IMG/VR virus record: IMGVR_UViG_2868569063_000004
Coordinates: 1-64,000 of that record
DNA from: a virus
Lineage: Duplodnaviria; Caudoviricetes
Length of the DNA: 64,000 nucleotides
Reading direction: 5' to 3' (one strand)
The notes beneath the pieces are model-generated. The model was not told the DNA's origin, ran no database searches, and worked only from the letters and a program-made list of their open reading frames with translations. Below are positions 31,001 to 40,124 of this stretch, one piece after another. Every line of letters begins with the position of its first letter. The first letter of the stretch is position 1. The position numbers were made by a program, and so were the translations under genes.

Positions 31001-34000
31001 TAGCTACGTATTTTGCTCTGGAATCTTTTTGTGTCTGTAATTGTTTATTTAGATTTTTAAGTGCTTTATCATAATTCTTCTCAGAAGACTTATAATTACT
31101 ATAATCGCTTTCAGCGATATCTTGATACTTTTCAACGATTCTCTCTAAACGATCAAGAGCAGTTTCTATCCAGTCTTTAGCTTGAGTACTTGCTTTTTTA
31201 ATTGTATCATCTAATTCTGATGTACCGTCTGCATAGGCAGGAGCAAGGGTTACACCAGAAGCAGTGCCTTGTGCATATGCTCTAGCATGACCATGTGTAG
31301 CACCATGTTTTAATAAATCCTCTGTTTGAGTAGCTGAAAAGATGATGTCACCTTTTTTCAAATTCTCAATATGAGCACCACCAGGAATAAGTGACCATAC
31401 ACCATCACGCACTATGGATTCAGAATGACCATTGATACCTACTTCGTTAACAATGGCCTGTTCATCATGTTTAAGTGCTACATCACCTTTTGCATGAGCA
31501 GAAGAGAGAGGCCTCATATTAAGAACGTTATAAGCTGTTCCAGAAGCGTGGGCAACTGAAGTCATTGTACCCGAAGCAGTTGCTATGGCACCACCAGATG
31601 GAGCACCTATAATATGAGCATAATAATTAACTGTGCCAGAAATAGTAGGAGCTGAGGTAGGAAAATCTCCTTCATAATGAGCAACTCCGTATGCATCATC
31701 AGCCACATGTGGGAAAATGCCTTCATAATTTGCTATTCCTTCAGCATCTGGGACAGTAGGCGCTTCATCTACATGAGCTGTAGCTTTAACGGTTGTATCT
31801 GGTACAGTGGGAGCTTCTGTTACATTAGCTTTTGCATTTAAACTTACTTGTACTCCTTCTCCACCAGTAACACCAGTGATATTGGCCTTAGCGTTGACTT
31901 CAACAGCATCTCCAGAATAAGGCTCGATTTCAAGTTTACCTTTGACAGGAACTTCAGTATCAGCAGTAGCGGCAGAATCAACATCTACCCCTTTAATAGA
32001 AGCGTGTACTTCTACATTTGCTCCTTTAGAATTTGCTGTACTTTGAGCTTGCATAAGCTCATCAAATTCTTCTTTATTGTTTACTTCGCAATCAACAACT
32101 AATTTAGCTCCATTGGTAGGGGCAGATTCAATTAATTCGGTGGCCTTCTCAACATCCTCTTCACCATTAACTTCCATATCAATAGTAGCTGTAGTATCAG
32201 ATGGCATAGATTCAATTGTAGATTTTGCTTGTTCAAAACTACCTTCATTAGAAACATCACAGTTTAAAGTTACAGTGGATCCAGAAACGTTTTGTAAGTT
32301 TTCAATATCTGATTCTGCTTCACTGGTATCTGCTTCAACATCAACTTTTGCCGTTATGTCGTCATTTGACATTTTAAGCAATTGGTCTTCTGCAGTTTGT
32401 ATATTATCAGTATCTACTAATTTAACTTTAGAATCAGTCTGAGCTTGCTGTAAAGTTTCAAAAGCTGCATTAGCATCTTGAGTAGCTTGATCCAGAGTGT
32501 TATCCATGCCTTTTTGGTATAATTGGGTCTGGACATCCATTTCATTCTTAGCTTGCATAAAGTCTTGAGCAGCTTTTACAATACTAGAACTAGAATCGGC
32601 TTGAGATATATCAGAGGAGTTATATTCTACGTCTTGCTCATGCGAAATAGCTCCTGTATACACAGTCTGGAGTTCTTCGCCACCAGTAATCTCTGGATGG
32701 TATTTACCATCCCGATCTCTATACTTATCTACTTCTGTTCCTAAATCAGTTACTTGCTGATGAATAGAATCTAAATCAGTTGAATCAAAATCAAATTTAT
32801 AAGTTTTTCCTGTGAGATCAGTTAATTCATTTTGAGCTTCTTTCGCTTCGGTAACTACAGAATCCAGATTTTTTGTTGCATCAGTAGTATCCGTATTAAC
32901 CTTTAAAATACCTAAACCTTCAAGAGCAGTAAGAATCTGGTCTTTAGACAACTGAGTCTTATCTGCTAACTGTTGTATGGCATCTTCAGCCTGTTCCATA
33001 CCCTCAACATTATAAGCACCATCATTTAATTTGATGCCATCTAATTGTGTACGGTTATATTTAGAAAGGGTTTCAAATGACTTTTCAGTAGCGGCATCAT
33101 TTTCCTTATGTGCAGCAGTAAGAGCTTCTAATGAGTGTGTGTATTCAGCAACTCTGTCAGGATCATCACCTAATCCCATCTGTTCAGCAGTCTGTGGTTT
33201 CTCCCAAGACCCCTTAGTAGTTTCTTTAGAGGAATTACTACTTTTCTCAGAATCTTTTAATTTACCAGCTTCTTTTAAAGCCTCAATAACAGAACGAGCT
33301 TGGTCTTTAGTTAAACCGAGTTTTTCACATAAAGATTCAACAGCTTTTTCTGCATCACCTAATTCAGTGTCCCATTTACCATCATTGAAATCTATACCTT
33401 CTAACTGTTCAGAAGTATATTTTCCAAGAGTGTCTACTAAAGAAGTAACATCTGTGTTCTGTTCTTCATATGCTTTATTGATACCATCAAGAGCTGTAGT
33501 AACAGAAGCAGAATCTGTTATGATGCCATCCATTAATGAAGATACATCTGTTCCTAAAAGAGCTTCAACAGTTGTACCGGCAGAAGCAGCTAGCTCTTCT
33601 TGTTTAGCTTTTAATTGATTAATAGCTGCATTTCGCTGATCATTTGTCAATTGATCATTTTTTTGAACTCTTTTTATCTCTTCTTCGTAGGCTTGCGCTC
33701 CCATGGCAGATGAATTGAAATTATCAATAGCATTTTGAGCAGCATCTTCTGAATAAGACTCCATGTTATCATAGGTTTCTTTTAAATCCTGTTTATATTT
33801 ATTAACTTTATCCTCAGAAGCAGAAATAGCAGTAGTGTTAGTACTATCTGTATTTTTCAGTTCTTCGAGTCGTTTCTGTTCATCTGAAAGGGCAGAAGTA
33901 AGTTCTTGAGTTCTGTCTATACCTTCCTCTATAGATGATATAAAGTTATTATCAATACCATAATCACGAAGACGACCGAAGTTAGCACTCATGAATTCTT

Positions 34001-36740
34001 TGCTGATTCCCATTGATCGAGCGGCTTTACTCATATCATCTATGTCAAATGACCATCTTTTACTTGCATCATCATAAGATGCCATACCCTTAGATTTAAG
34101 ATCAGCTAAGAAATTATTAACACCTGTCTTATCTTCTGTGAGATATCTTACAGCTTTACCATAGTTCTCTGCAAAGTTTGCTCTATCATCTGAACCTGTA
34201 GGAGAAATAAGAGCGGCAAATGATTTAAAATCATCTGTACCTACAAGACCTTTATCATATGCATCTTTAGCATTCTTTAGTCCGGCGACAATGTTATTAT
34301 ATTTATCTCCGGCATTCTCCGTACTCTGGGCACGTTGCCACTGAGAATAATAGGAAAGAAGTTCCTGTTGCTGTTTCTTAGTTGCTTGCCATTCAGACTG
34401 AGATTGCATATAAGATAAATATTCGTTTCTAGCATCTTTTAATTTATCTTTTTCAGAATCATAGGCAGCTTTTTTATCATCTTCGTCTTCAGTTCCTTTA
34501 GCTTCTTTCCATGCTTTTTTTGCTTTATTTGTTACATCTGTTTGATCCTTAATAGCTTTGGTCTGTAACTTAATACCCTTTTCGAAATCTCCATCAGTGG
34601 CTTCAGCCTGATATTCCGTAAAGGTTTTCAAAGCATCTATGTTTAGTTTGATACCATCAGAAGTAGTGGTGAATAAATCATTAACATTTTGCTCAATGCC
34701 ACGAGGATCTTTCACATCTTTGAAAGCAGTAGAAAGGATCTTAACATTGTCTTTAGAAATTCCACCTGCAGAAGTAGTCTCTGTAAGAATAGTTCCCATA
34801 GAAGAAAGAGTAGACTTAGCAGTTGATACTTTCGTTTCCATTGAATCTAAAGAAACGGCTGCTTGATCACTCATATTTTTAGCTGCTTGTTTAGCCTTTT
34901 CGAATGCCGTATAAAATTCATCAATTGAACTTAAATCTTTATTATCAGTGATAACCTGTACAGCTATTTCAAGTTCATCTTGTGTAGCATTTTTTAGATC
35001 TTCTCTTACTTTTTCGGCATCGCCTTTAGTTTTGCTAGCCTTTGCTCCTTTCAGAGCATCTCTAACCCTATTAAGACTATCTTGATTCTCCCAAACAGTA
35101 TAAGCCTTATCATTGTCATCGTATTCAGTATGAGCAAAACCAAAAGCTTCGGCTAAAGTACCTTTAGTCCAGAAGTCGCTTTGAGAAATATCTGCTATAG
35201 ACTCAAGGACATCATCTCTTCTTGCAGCAAATTCTCTTACAGTTTCCTGGTCTTTAGGTTCCATTTCAAACAGTTGAGACCAAAGCTTTTGTTGATCTGG
35301 AGTAGCAGTAGCCATAGGGTTGACTACATTGTTACGGAGCCATGTGTCCATGTCTTTGCCGGATTCTTTAAAATTATTAAGCAATCTGGCATTGTCCGTA
35401 GAATTAAGCATATTATTCAACTGTGATTGAAATTCTGATGCTTTATCTTGATCGTCCCAGCTATCAAAAGAATCAATAGTACTTGCCATTGATTTGATAG
35501 AAGAAACCATTTCTCTTTTAGAGGCATCTATAGATTCTTGAGTATTAACTAAATTAGTATGAGCTTCTTGAAGTTCGCTATTATCTGAGTTTAAAACACT
35601 GGCAGCTTCACTATTAAGAAAATCTAACTGTTTACCATCAAATTCAAGAGTTATCTTTTGACCATCCGCAGATTGCTTATAACCTTTTATTGCTTTTCCA
35701 AATGTATTACCAAGTGCATCATATGCAGTTTGATCCAGTGTATAGGTGATGGTATCTTCTCCTTTTGTATGCTTTTTAAGCATGTCGGAAAATTTTTGTA
35801 CAGAATCAACTTTATATTTAGCTGCATCATATGCATTTTTGTATTCGTCTTGTTTGCCCTTATTCTCTCCTAAAGCAGTCTCATACCCTTTATACTGATC
35901 GCTAATATTTTTCTTTGTATCATAATAAGTAAGATTCCTCTGTAGCTTTAGATAATCATTGACCTGAGTGTTTAAATCCTCAGCATTAGTTCCTGCATTA
36001 AGAATAGCATTACCCTGAGAATCCCATGAACGTGTGAGACTAGGAGCAGCGGCAGCAATCTGATTACTCGTATCTAAGAAATCCTTATATTCATCATCTG
36101 TAAGACTAATATTTTTAATAGAATTACCGGATATTTTTACACCTTTGGACAATTCTGTGTATTTGGAAGTAAGTTCTCCAAGAGAAGCTTTCTGATCCTC
36201 ATAGGCTTTAGTTTGGGATTGAATGGATTCTTTTGCTTCTTGGCCTTTAGCAATTAAGTTCTCATTTTTATGAACGAAAGCGTCAATGCCTTTACCAAGC
36301 AATGAGAAAGCTCCTTGTACAAGCATTCCAACACCAGCAGAAATAAAAGCATTGCCAATCATTGAGAGACCAGCAGATGCCATACTTTTTAGACCATCGG
36401 ACCATTTGCCTTGTTTCTGTTGATCAGGTTTCTCCACCTCATTCTCTCTTTTAAAATCAGTGAGAGTCTTAGCATTAGTAGCTATTTGCTTGCCATAATC
36501 TTTGGCTCTTTGACTAGCATTCTTCGTTACTTCATTCGCTTTAGCCATACGTTGCTCGTTGTCTGTAATGGCCTGACCATTGTTATCAAGTTGCTTGTTA
36601 AGGTCTTTAAGAACTTCTAAATCATCTGAATATGCTTGATAATTTTTATTGGCTTCTGCATAGCCTTTTGCTATAGCAGCATTACGTTGAACTCTTCGTG
36701 ATTGTGGTAAAATTCCTCCATCTTCATTCTTGGCGAAAAC
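28029..36740 (-). CDS. Tape measure protein, exon 2 (2,903 aa, starts VFAKNEDGG)
   Basis: Very long helical ORF between tail genes and Dit with no credible start of its own; joins exon 1 in frame after intron removal. Confidence 0.88.
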   Translation of the reverse strand, partial: VFAKNEDGGILPQSRRVQRNAAIAKGYAEANKNYQAYSDDLEVLKDLNKQLDNNGQAITDNEQRMAKANEVTKNASQRAKDYGKQIATNAKTLTDFKRENEVEKPDQQKQGKWSDGLKSMASAGLSMIGNAFISAGVGMLVQGAFSLLGKGIDAFVHKNENLIAKGQEAKESIQSQTKAYEDQKASLGELTSKYTELSKGVKISGNSIKNISLTDDEYKDFLDTSNQIAAAAPSLTRSWDSQGNAILNAGTNAEDLNTQVNDYLKLQRNLTYYDTKKNISDQYKGYETALGENKGKQDEYKNAYDAAKYKVDSVQKFSDMLKKHTKGEDTITYTLDQTAYDALGNTFGKAIKGYKQSADGQKITLEFDGKQLDFLNSEAASVLNSDNSELQEAHTNLVNTQESIDASKREMVSSIKSMASTIDSFDSWDDQDKASEFQSQLNNMLNSTDNARLLNNFKESGKDMDTWLRNNVVNPMATATPDQQKLWSQLFEMEPKDQETVREFAARRDDVLESIADISQSDFWTKGTLAEAFGFAHTEYDDNDKAYTVWENQDSLNRVRDALKGAKASKTKGDAEKVREDLKNATQDELEIAVQVITDNKDLSSIDEFYTAFEKAKQAAKNMSDQAAVSLDSMETKVSTAKSTLSSMGTILTETTSAGGISKDNVKILSTAFKDVKDPRGIEQNVNDLFTTTSDGIKLNIDALKTFTEYQAEATDGDFEKGIKLQTKAIKDQTDVTNKAKKAWKEAKGTEDEDDKKAAYDSEKDKLKDARNEYLSYMQSQSEWQATKKQQQELLSYYSQWQRAQSTENAGDKYNNIVAGLKNAKDAYDKGLVGTDDFKSFAALISPTGSDDRANFAENYGKAVRYLTEDKTGVNNFLADLKSKGMASYDDASKRWSFDIDDMSKAARSMGISKEFMSANFGRLRDYGIDNNFISSIEEGIDRTQELTSALSDEQKRLEELKNTDSTNTTAISASEDKVNKYKQDLKETYDNMESYSEDAAQNAIDNFNSSAMGAQAYEEEIKRVQKNDQLTNDQRNAAINQLKAKQEELAASAGTTVEALLGTDVSSLMDGIITDSASVTTALDGINKAYEEQNTDVTSLVDTLGKYTSEQLEGIDFNDGKWDTELGDAEKAVESLCEKLGLTKDQARSVIEALKEAGKLKDSEKSSNSSKETTKGSWEKPQTAEQMGLGDDPDRVAEYTHSLEALTAAHKENDAATEKSFETLSKYNRTQLDGIKLNDGAYNVEGMEQAEDAIQQLADKTQLSKDQILTALEGLGILKVNTDTTDATKNLDSVVTEAKEAQNELTDLTGKTYKFDFDSTDLDSIHQQVTDLGTEVDKYRDRDGKYHPEITGGEELQTVYTGAISHEQDVEYNSSDISQADSSSSIVKAAQDFMQAKNEMDVQTQLYQKGMDNTLDQATQDANAAFETLQQAQTDSKVKLVDTDNIQTAEDQLLKMSNDDITAKVDVEADTSEAESDIENLQNVSGSTVTLNCDVSNEGSFEQAKSTIESMPSDTTATIDMEVNGEEDVEKATELIESAPTNGAKLVVDCEVNNKEEFDELMQAQSTANSKGANVEVHASIKGVDVDSAATADTEVPVKGKLEIEPYSGDAVEVNAKANITGVTGGEGVQVSLNAKANVTEAPTVPDTTVKATAHVDEAPTVPDAEGIANYEGIFPHVADDAYGVAHYEGDFPTSAPTISGTVNYYAHIIGAPSGGAIATASGTMTSVAHASGTAYNVLNMRPLSSAHAKGDVALKHDEQAIVNEVGINGHSESIVRDGVWSLIPGGAHIENLKKGDIIFSATQTEDLLKHGATHGHARAYAQGTASGVTLAPAYADGTSELDDTIKKASTQAKDWIETALDRLERIVEKYQDIAESDYSNYKSSEKNYDKALKNLNKQLQTQKDSRAKYVAKANEVASAVGLSDELKKKVQNGTINIESLSEDDKKRVDAYQEWYEKILDCDKAIRELTKSQKDLAKAKVERVIEAYDTVIGKRENKADYYNAKQELRVSQGYNQKPGSKYEKYMKKELYYTNEQKRLTDKEIKEYKGRMKEYLKVNGHKTVDPEYQKMKKQLYSLQTEAVKLENEAAELVQALQDNREQIKQWAVDRWDRAGSKQDAVIDYAKANDNPEYQINEKIYQERIKSNARQINALQKLRAEKAEYYDTHFSSMNNEEAQKYLNSIAQIDEQILKIGSDIENLKNEIMELRWKPFDDAQDKLSNVITEYQTMQKLLGDAESFYNDDGSFTTNGLTNILLTQESIDATKQKIANYREGLNKLEEQYKNGCYSLDEYNEKSKQLLDGIQQESTALSELKQNMLDMYETQIKKENDLLQENIDKRKDALSAKEKYYDYDKTLKKKSKDINTLKSQIAALEGTSNAAAKARLEKLRAELADAEDDMADTMHQHEVDMKNTGYENFSDEANKALDNTLDAVKKNSSFQEAIISGMLTNVTTNYDNTYKHLHTVMDQYGVKVSSTFDTMIGKSADFNTSLIQQIKALETISNMKVTLPYGTSNGQGGSTTGNNTYTGAENGIHNTFNSNKDSTGAGNETPGTVNNKKYSLKLNATDIYLTYDHIKQQLKATWSPSKPEHSDIEWKSSDESIAKVSSDGTVRGVSSGLNKNGLMARDESKTRKCIITAIGGGGLAKATCTVHVMPNAHYEAIKSYAANAGIDVTSGDNLRAAMQYAYQNGANHSYQSDVAVEGFKKAYLKDWTSSLPNRPDGATDIPSGVSQLVGYFNSKGKKVGPKEMQQLADILGISTPGVKKYDSWGSALKNQILQKYKSYGFATGGIINKLIPADMSTLLGKAIISNGDHGFIGAKVGESVMTEEFTRLLKPSIAAMNNFTNMFNPVTPTATNNDYTINNEVNINVANMSNDLDIQDVANKVSTIINKNMTRDWRKLR

Positions 36741-36802
36741 CAAACTGTGTGATATAATATAGCAAATCTTAATTACTATATATAATAAAAAGAAGGAACA
36801 AT

Positions 36803-37309
36803 ATGGAAGAATTATTATTTTGCAATAAATGTGGAAAGACCAGTACATCTTCTTCTTATAAAATAGGGGATAGATGTTATACCTGTGAAATTGGAACCTA
36901 TATAGGCACTGGTATTGATTGGTCTACAGCATATATGGAGTTATCAAAAGAATATGAGAAAACTCATGACGGTCATTGTCCCAGTCATTTGGAATCATCT
37001 GAGATATTTAGGCAAAAATATTTTTATGGAAAGTTAGACAATGAAGTAGATTACTCTGCCGTTAAAAAAAGAAAATATAGTGAATCTCCTGAAGGAATAG
37101 AAGAGCAAAACAGGATAACAGATAGATGGTATGCCAAACAGAATGCTCAGAAATTCTCTACTGGGCCTAAGTGTCCAATCTGCGGCAGTACAAACCTTAA
37201 GAAAATCACTGGAACAAGAAAAGCAATGAAGATAGGTCTGTTTGGTCTTTTTGGAGCTGGTGACCTTGGTAAGACTTATCAGTGCTGTAAGTGTGGAGCT
37301 AGATTTTAA
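36803..37309 (+). CDS. Intron cargo: zinc-ribbon protein with C-terminal CPxCGSTN...GLFG...CxxCG domain
   Basis: Four CxxC pairs; AGAAGGA RBS; TATAAT boxes at 36755 and 36781. Confidence 0.8.
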   Translation: MEELLFCNKCGKTSTSSSYKIGDRCYTCEIGTYIGTGIDWSTAYMELSKEYEKTHDGHCPSHLESSEIFRQKYFYGKLDNEVDYSAVKKRKYSESPEGIEEQNRITDRWYAKQNAQKFSTGPKCPICGSTNLKKITGTRKAMKIGLFGLFGAGDLGKTYQCCKCGARF

Positions 37310-38226
37310 TGAACATACCTGTAAATGCTAAAAGACAATTAGATAAAAGAGATATATATTGTATCTACCGGAGACCCAAAAAAGATAAAGATATATGCAC
37401 TTTACCTGATAGGCATTATTGTCAAATGTGTACGGCTAGACCACAGACAACATGTCGCTTAAAGGTTTCTCAGTATCGAAATGAACTAAATGCTCGCAAT
37501 AACAAAAAAGAATATCTTTTTGGTGTAGAAGTAGAACATGTTAGTAAAATTGATAAGAAGCTGAAACCAGCACAACATTCATTAAGCTCATTTACGGAAA
37601 GTTCTTCAAAAAATGCCAGTACAAGAACGTACAACTTGAATCATAATACTGTAGGCTCATATATTGATTATGGACCCAAATGGGATATTAAAAATTGGGC
37701 TGATTTTAAATATAAAGAAACCGTATATGTATTTAAGGGATTTTTGTATTGTGCAAAACATCATTCTGATTCATTGAGTCATGGACAAGTTATTATAAGA
37801 AATTTAAAAGGTACTAAAGAAAAGCATAGAGTAAATTTAATTTATTGTGCTAAGTGTAAAAAGTATTATATTGATGAAAGCCATTATAAAGATTTTATAA
37901 GACAGAAAGTATTGCTTGATTTTAGGATTAGGGCAAGCCATTCTCGTGGATATGGCTTTGGCGGATTCAAATCTGAATCTGAGTTACATCTTTATGGATA
38001 TAATGCACAAAGCTCTACACCTAAGTCGGTACGACAACAAGTTTTGTATGATGTTGTTTCCAATAGGTTAATGCGTGTAGAGGTTGTTATTTCACACTTA
38101 CAAGGACTCATTTCAATAAATGAATCAAGAAATGATAGAGCTACTGTTATCAAGCGCTACCGAGAAGATATGGATTTTTTATATGAGAAATTTCCAGGAG
38201 TAAGTATGGAATATAGAACCTTATAA
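37309..38226 (+). CDS. Intron cargo: hypothetical Cys-rich protein (305 aa)
   Basis: Translationally coupled (TAATG); CxxC motifs; C-terminal SELHLYGYN...RQQVL...VISHL helical region. Confidence 0.75.
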   Translation: MNIPVNAKRQLDKRDIYCIYRRPKKDKDICTLPDRHYCQMCTARPQTTCRLKVSQYRNELNARNNKKEYLFGVEVEHVSKIDKKLKPAQHSLSSFTESSSKNASTRTYNLNHNTVGSYIDYGPKWDIKNWADFKYKETVYVFKGFLYCAKHHSDSLSHGQVIIRNLKGTKEKHRVNLIYCAKCKKYYIDESHYKDFIRQKVLLDFRIRASHSRGYGFGGFKSESELHLYGYNAQSSTPKSVRQQVLYDVVSNRLMRVEVVISHLQGLISINESRNDRATVIKRYREDMDFLYEKFPGVSMEYRTL

Positions 38227-38863
38227 CAAGAGCTTTAAATGTAATACGTGCGGATATACATAATGATAGTTTATGAGCAATTTAATCATAATCTGCCGGA
38301 AGTGCGGTTACACATGGTGGCTAAGAAGATAATTATGACAAATAAAATACTCTATCATCAATAATATCACATAATTTTTGTGTTTCAATTTCATTTTTTA
38401 ATAGGAAACATTTTCTTTTATCAAATATAAAGTAAAAGATTGTTTTAACATACAAGACAAAATATTTAAATTTTCTTGTAATAAATCTTTTATTCATATA
38501 AAGAGATGTTTTTATGAAACGAATTTTGCATTTGGAGGAAATATTTTTCATGGATGAATTCTTTCGTAAAATATTAAATGATTTTGTAGATGAGTATAAT
38601 CAACAGAATATATAAAATTTAATGAACTCACGTTCTGGATATACAAAGTTGTCGAATATTGTTATTATACTACTAGGTATATTATGGTTATAGGTGCTGC
38701 ATTATAACTCGCTGCACGATAATATACTTGATCATTTCTTTTGATCATGCAGAAGTGTTGGCATACATTCTGTATTGTTGATGCGGACGAAGAATCTGCC
38801 CGTTCTGGGCAATACACTTCCCCAATAAAGAAATTTATAAGGGAAGGGGGTGAAAAGAAGAAT

Positions 38864-39049
38864 ATGAATACTGGAATAATAATATCTCTTGGTAGTCTTT
38901 TACTTGTTGTAATATTAGCTGGTCTATATTATAACTCGAAAAATCATACCGTTGATCAAATTTGCAACCATCCAGAATTATCTGATGAGAAAGTCAAATT
39001 TATCACCGGAATGATGAAAAGACAATACAAGAATAAAAAAGTTGACTAA
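38864..39049 (+). CDS. Intron cargo: small single-TM membrane protein (61 aa)
   Basis: MNTGIIISLGSLLLVVILAGLYY; GAAGGGGGTG RBS; terminator downstream. Start moved from the track's 38741. Confidence 0.7.
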   Translation: MNTGIIISLGSLLLVVILAGLYYNSKNHTVDQICNHPELSDEKVKFITGMMKRQYKNKKVD

Positions 39050-39119
39050 TCGCTAATAATGTTCTACTTTATCATTTAATTACTTCGTCATATGTATTTC
39101 TCTTTTTAAAATTTTTAAT

Positions 39120-39152
39120 AGAAGGAGAACTGTCACAGCAGTTCTCCTTTCT
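39120..39152. terminator. Strong hairpin between convergent cargo genes
   Basis: AAGGAGAACTG-tcacag-CAGTTCTCCTT, 11-bp perfect stem. Confidence 0.75.
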
Positions 39153-39224
39153 GTGCACCAACACTTTGCATAATACTATAGGAAAGTTAACAATCTCGAC
39201 TGCATTGAATACAACCGAAAAAGA

Positions 39225-39395
39225 TTATTCGTATAAGTCATATCCTGGGAGTTGATTAGCAATTTCTTTTGGGTAATTACTGATAAATTTTGTTCTGCCA
39301 ATATCACTGATTTCTATAAGTAAATCTGTAATTTCGTTTGAGCTTAGATTTTGAATATATTCAGGAACTAATCTATCAAAAATGTTTTTATCCAT
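39225..39395 (-). CDS. Intron cargo: 56-aa hypothetical protein (MDKNIFDRLVPEYIQ...GYDLYE)
   Basis: Translated by hand (below the ORF-track cutoff); AAAGTAGGTG RBS. Confidence 0.55.
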   Translation of the reverse strand: MDKNIFDRLVPEYIQNLSSNEITDLLIEISDIGRTKFISNYPKEIANQLPGYDLYE

Positions 39396-39440
39396 TAAAT
39401 ACACCTACTTTCAAAACTATATTATGGAGGTTTAAAGATT

Positions 39441-39551
39441 ATGGAAATATTAGAATGTCCTCTTTACAAAGAGTGTAAAGAAGAGGAATGTCCGTACTTT
39501 GAAAATGAAGATTGTACGTATTATACTAAGAAAGAGCAGGAGACTGAATAG
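39441..39551 (+). CDS. Intron cargo: 36-aa acidic four-Cys miniprotein (MEILECPLYKECKEEECPYFENEDCTYYTKKEQETE)
   Basis: GGAGG RBS at 39426-39430; terminator overlaps the stop codon. Confidence 0.6.
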   Translation: MEILECPLYKECKEEECPYFENEDCTYYTKKEQETE

Positions 39552-39566
39552 TCTTTTGCTCTTTTG
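39531..39566 (+). terminator. Intrinsic terminator
   Basis: AAGAGCAGGAGACT-gaat-AGTCTTTTGCTCTT followed by TTT. Confidence 0.65.
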
Positions 39567-39659
39567 ATGAATTTTGTAAGTATGTTTTATAAGTATCACA
39601 AGTAATACCTCTTATAACAGGAGAATCAATTATCTGACTTTTCTCTTTGCTAATAAACA

Positions 39660-40124
39660 TTAGCTCCAATTTACTCCCCATGATGTTACCTCCTCGAAAG
39701 TTATTTCTGGGAATATTTTCTGAACAACAGAAAAAGTAGTTAGTTTGACTTTTGTTTCATTTGTTTCTTGAAAATAGTAATGCACTAATTCTTCAATAAA
39801 TGCGAATAGTTGCATGTGTTGATTGTTAGATGTAATTATCCGTTCCATGGAGTATACTAAAAAAGACATACATCTTCCATAAGTGGTTGCTTCATTTTCG
39901 GTGACAGAAAAACTGCCATCTTTTGTAAATATTAGACTTACAGGAAATAATTTAGTAGGATCAATATTTTTTTCATATAAATGTTTGCTTAAGGATTCTA
40001 ATCCTTTAGTAAACAAATTGGCCAGTTCCTTTGACATTTCATAAGTTGCATTCATAAATAAGCATCCGTCAAAATATGGCGGAGCAATTGGTGCATAAGT
40101 TCTGATAGAATTATTTATTATCAT
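39660..40124 (-). CDS. Intron cargo: possible ImmA/IrrE-like zincin metallopeptidase-fold protein
   Basis: AGGAGG RBS; QLFAFIEELVHYYF resembles the (H/E)ExxH motif. Confidence 0.5.
   Translation of the reverse strand: MIINNSIRTYAPIAPPYFDGCLFMNATYEMSKELANLFTKGLESLSKHLYEKNIDPTKLFPVSLIFTKDGSFSVTENEATTYGRCMSFLVYSMERIITSNNQHMQLFAFIEELVHYYFQETNETKVKLTTFSVVQKIFPEITFEEVTSWGVNWS

Noticed and set aside
36741-36848. ORF-track N-terminus of the 2,939-aa ORF (MYWSFHIYC...)
   Set aside because: No RBS, and it is antisense to the cargo gene start. It is intron sequence; the coding part begins at 36740 after splicing.
38333-38551. 72-aa minus-strand ORF in the cargo
   Set aside because: Low-complexity K/F/I/Y composition from very AT-rich DNA and no clear RBS; probably spurious or decayed.
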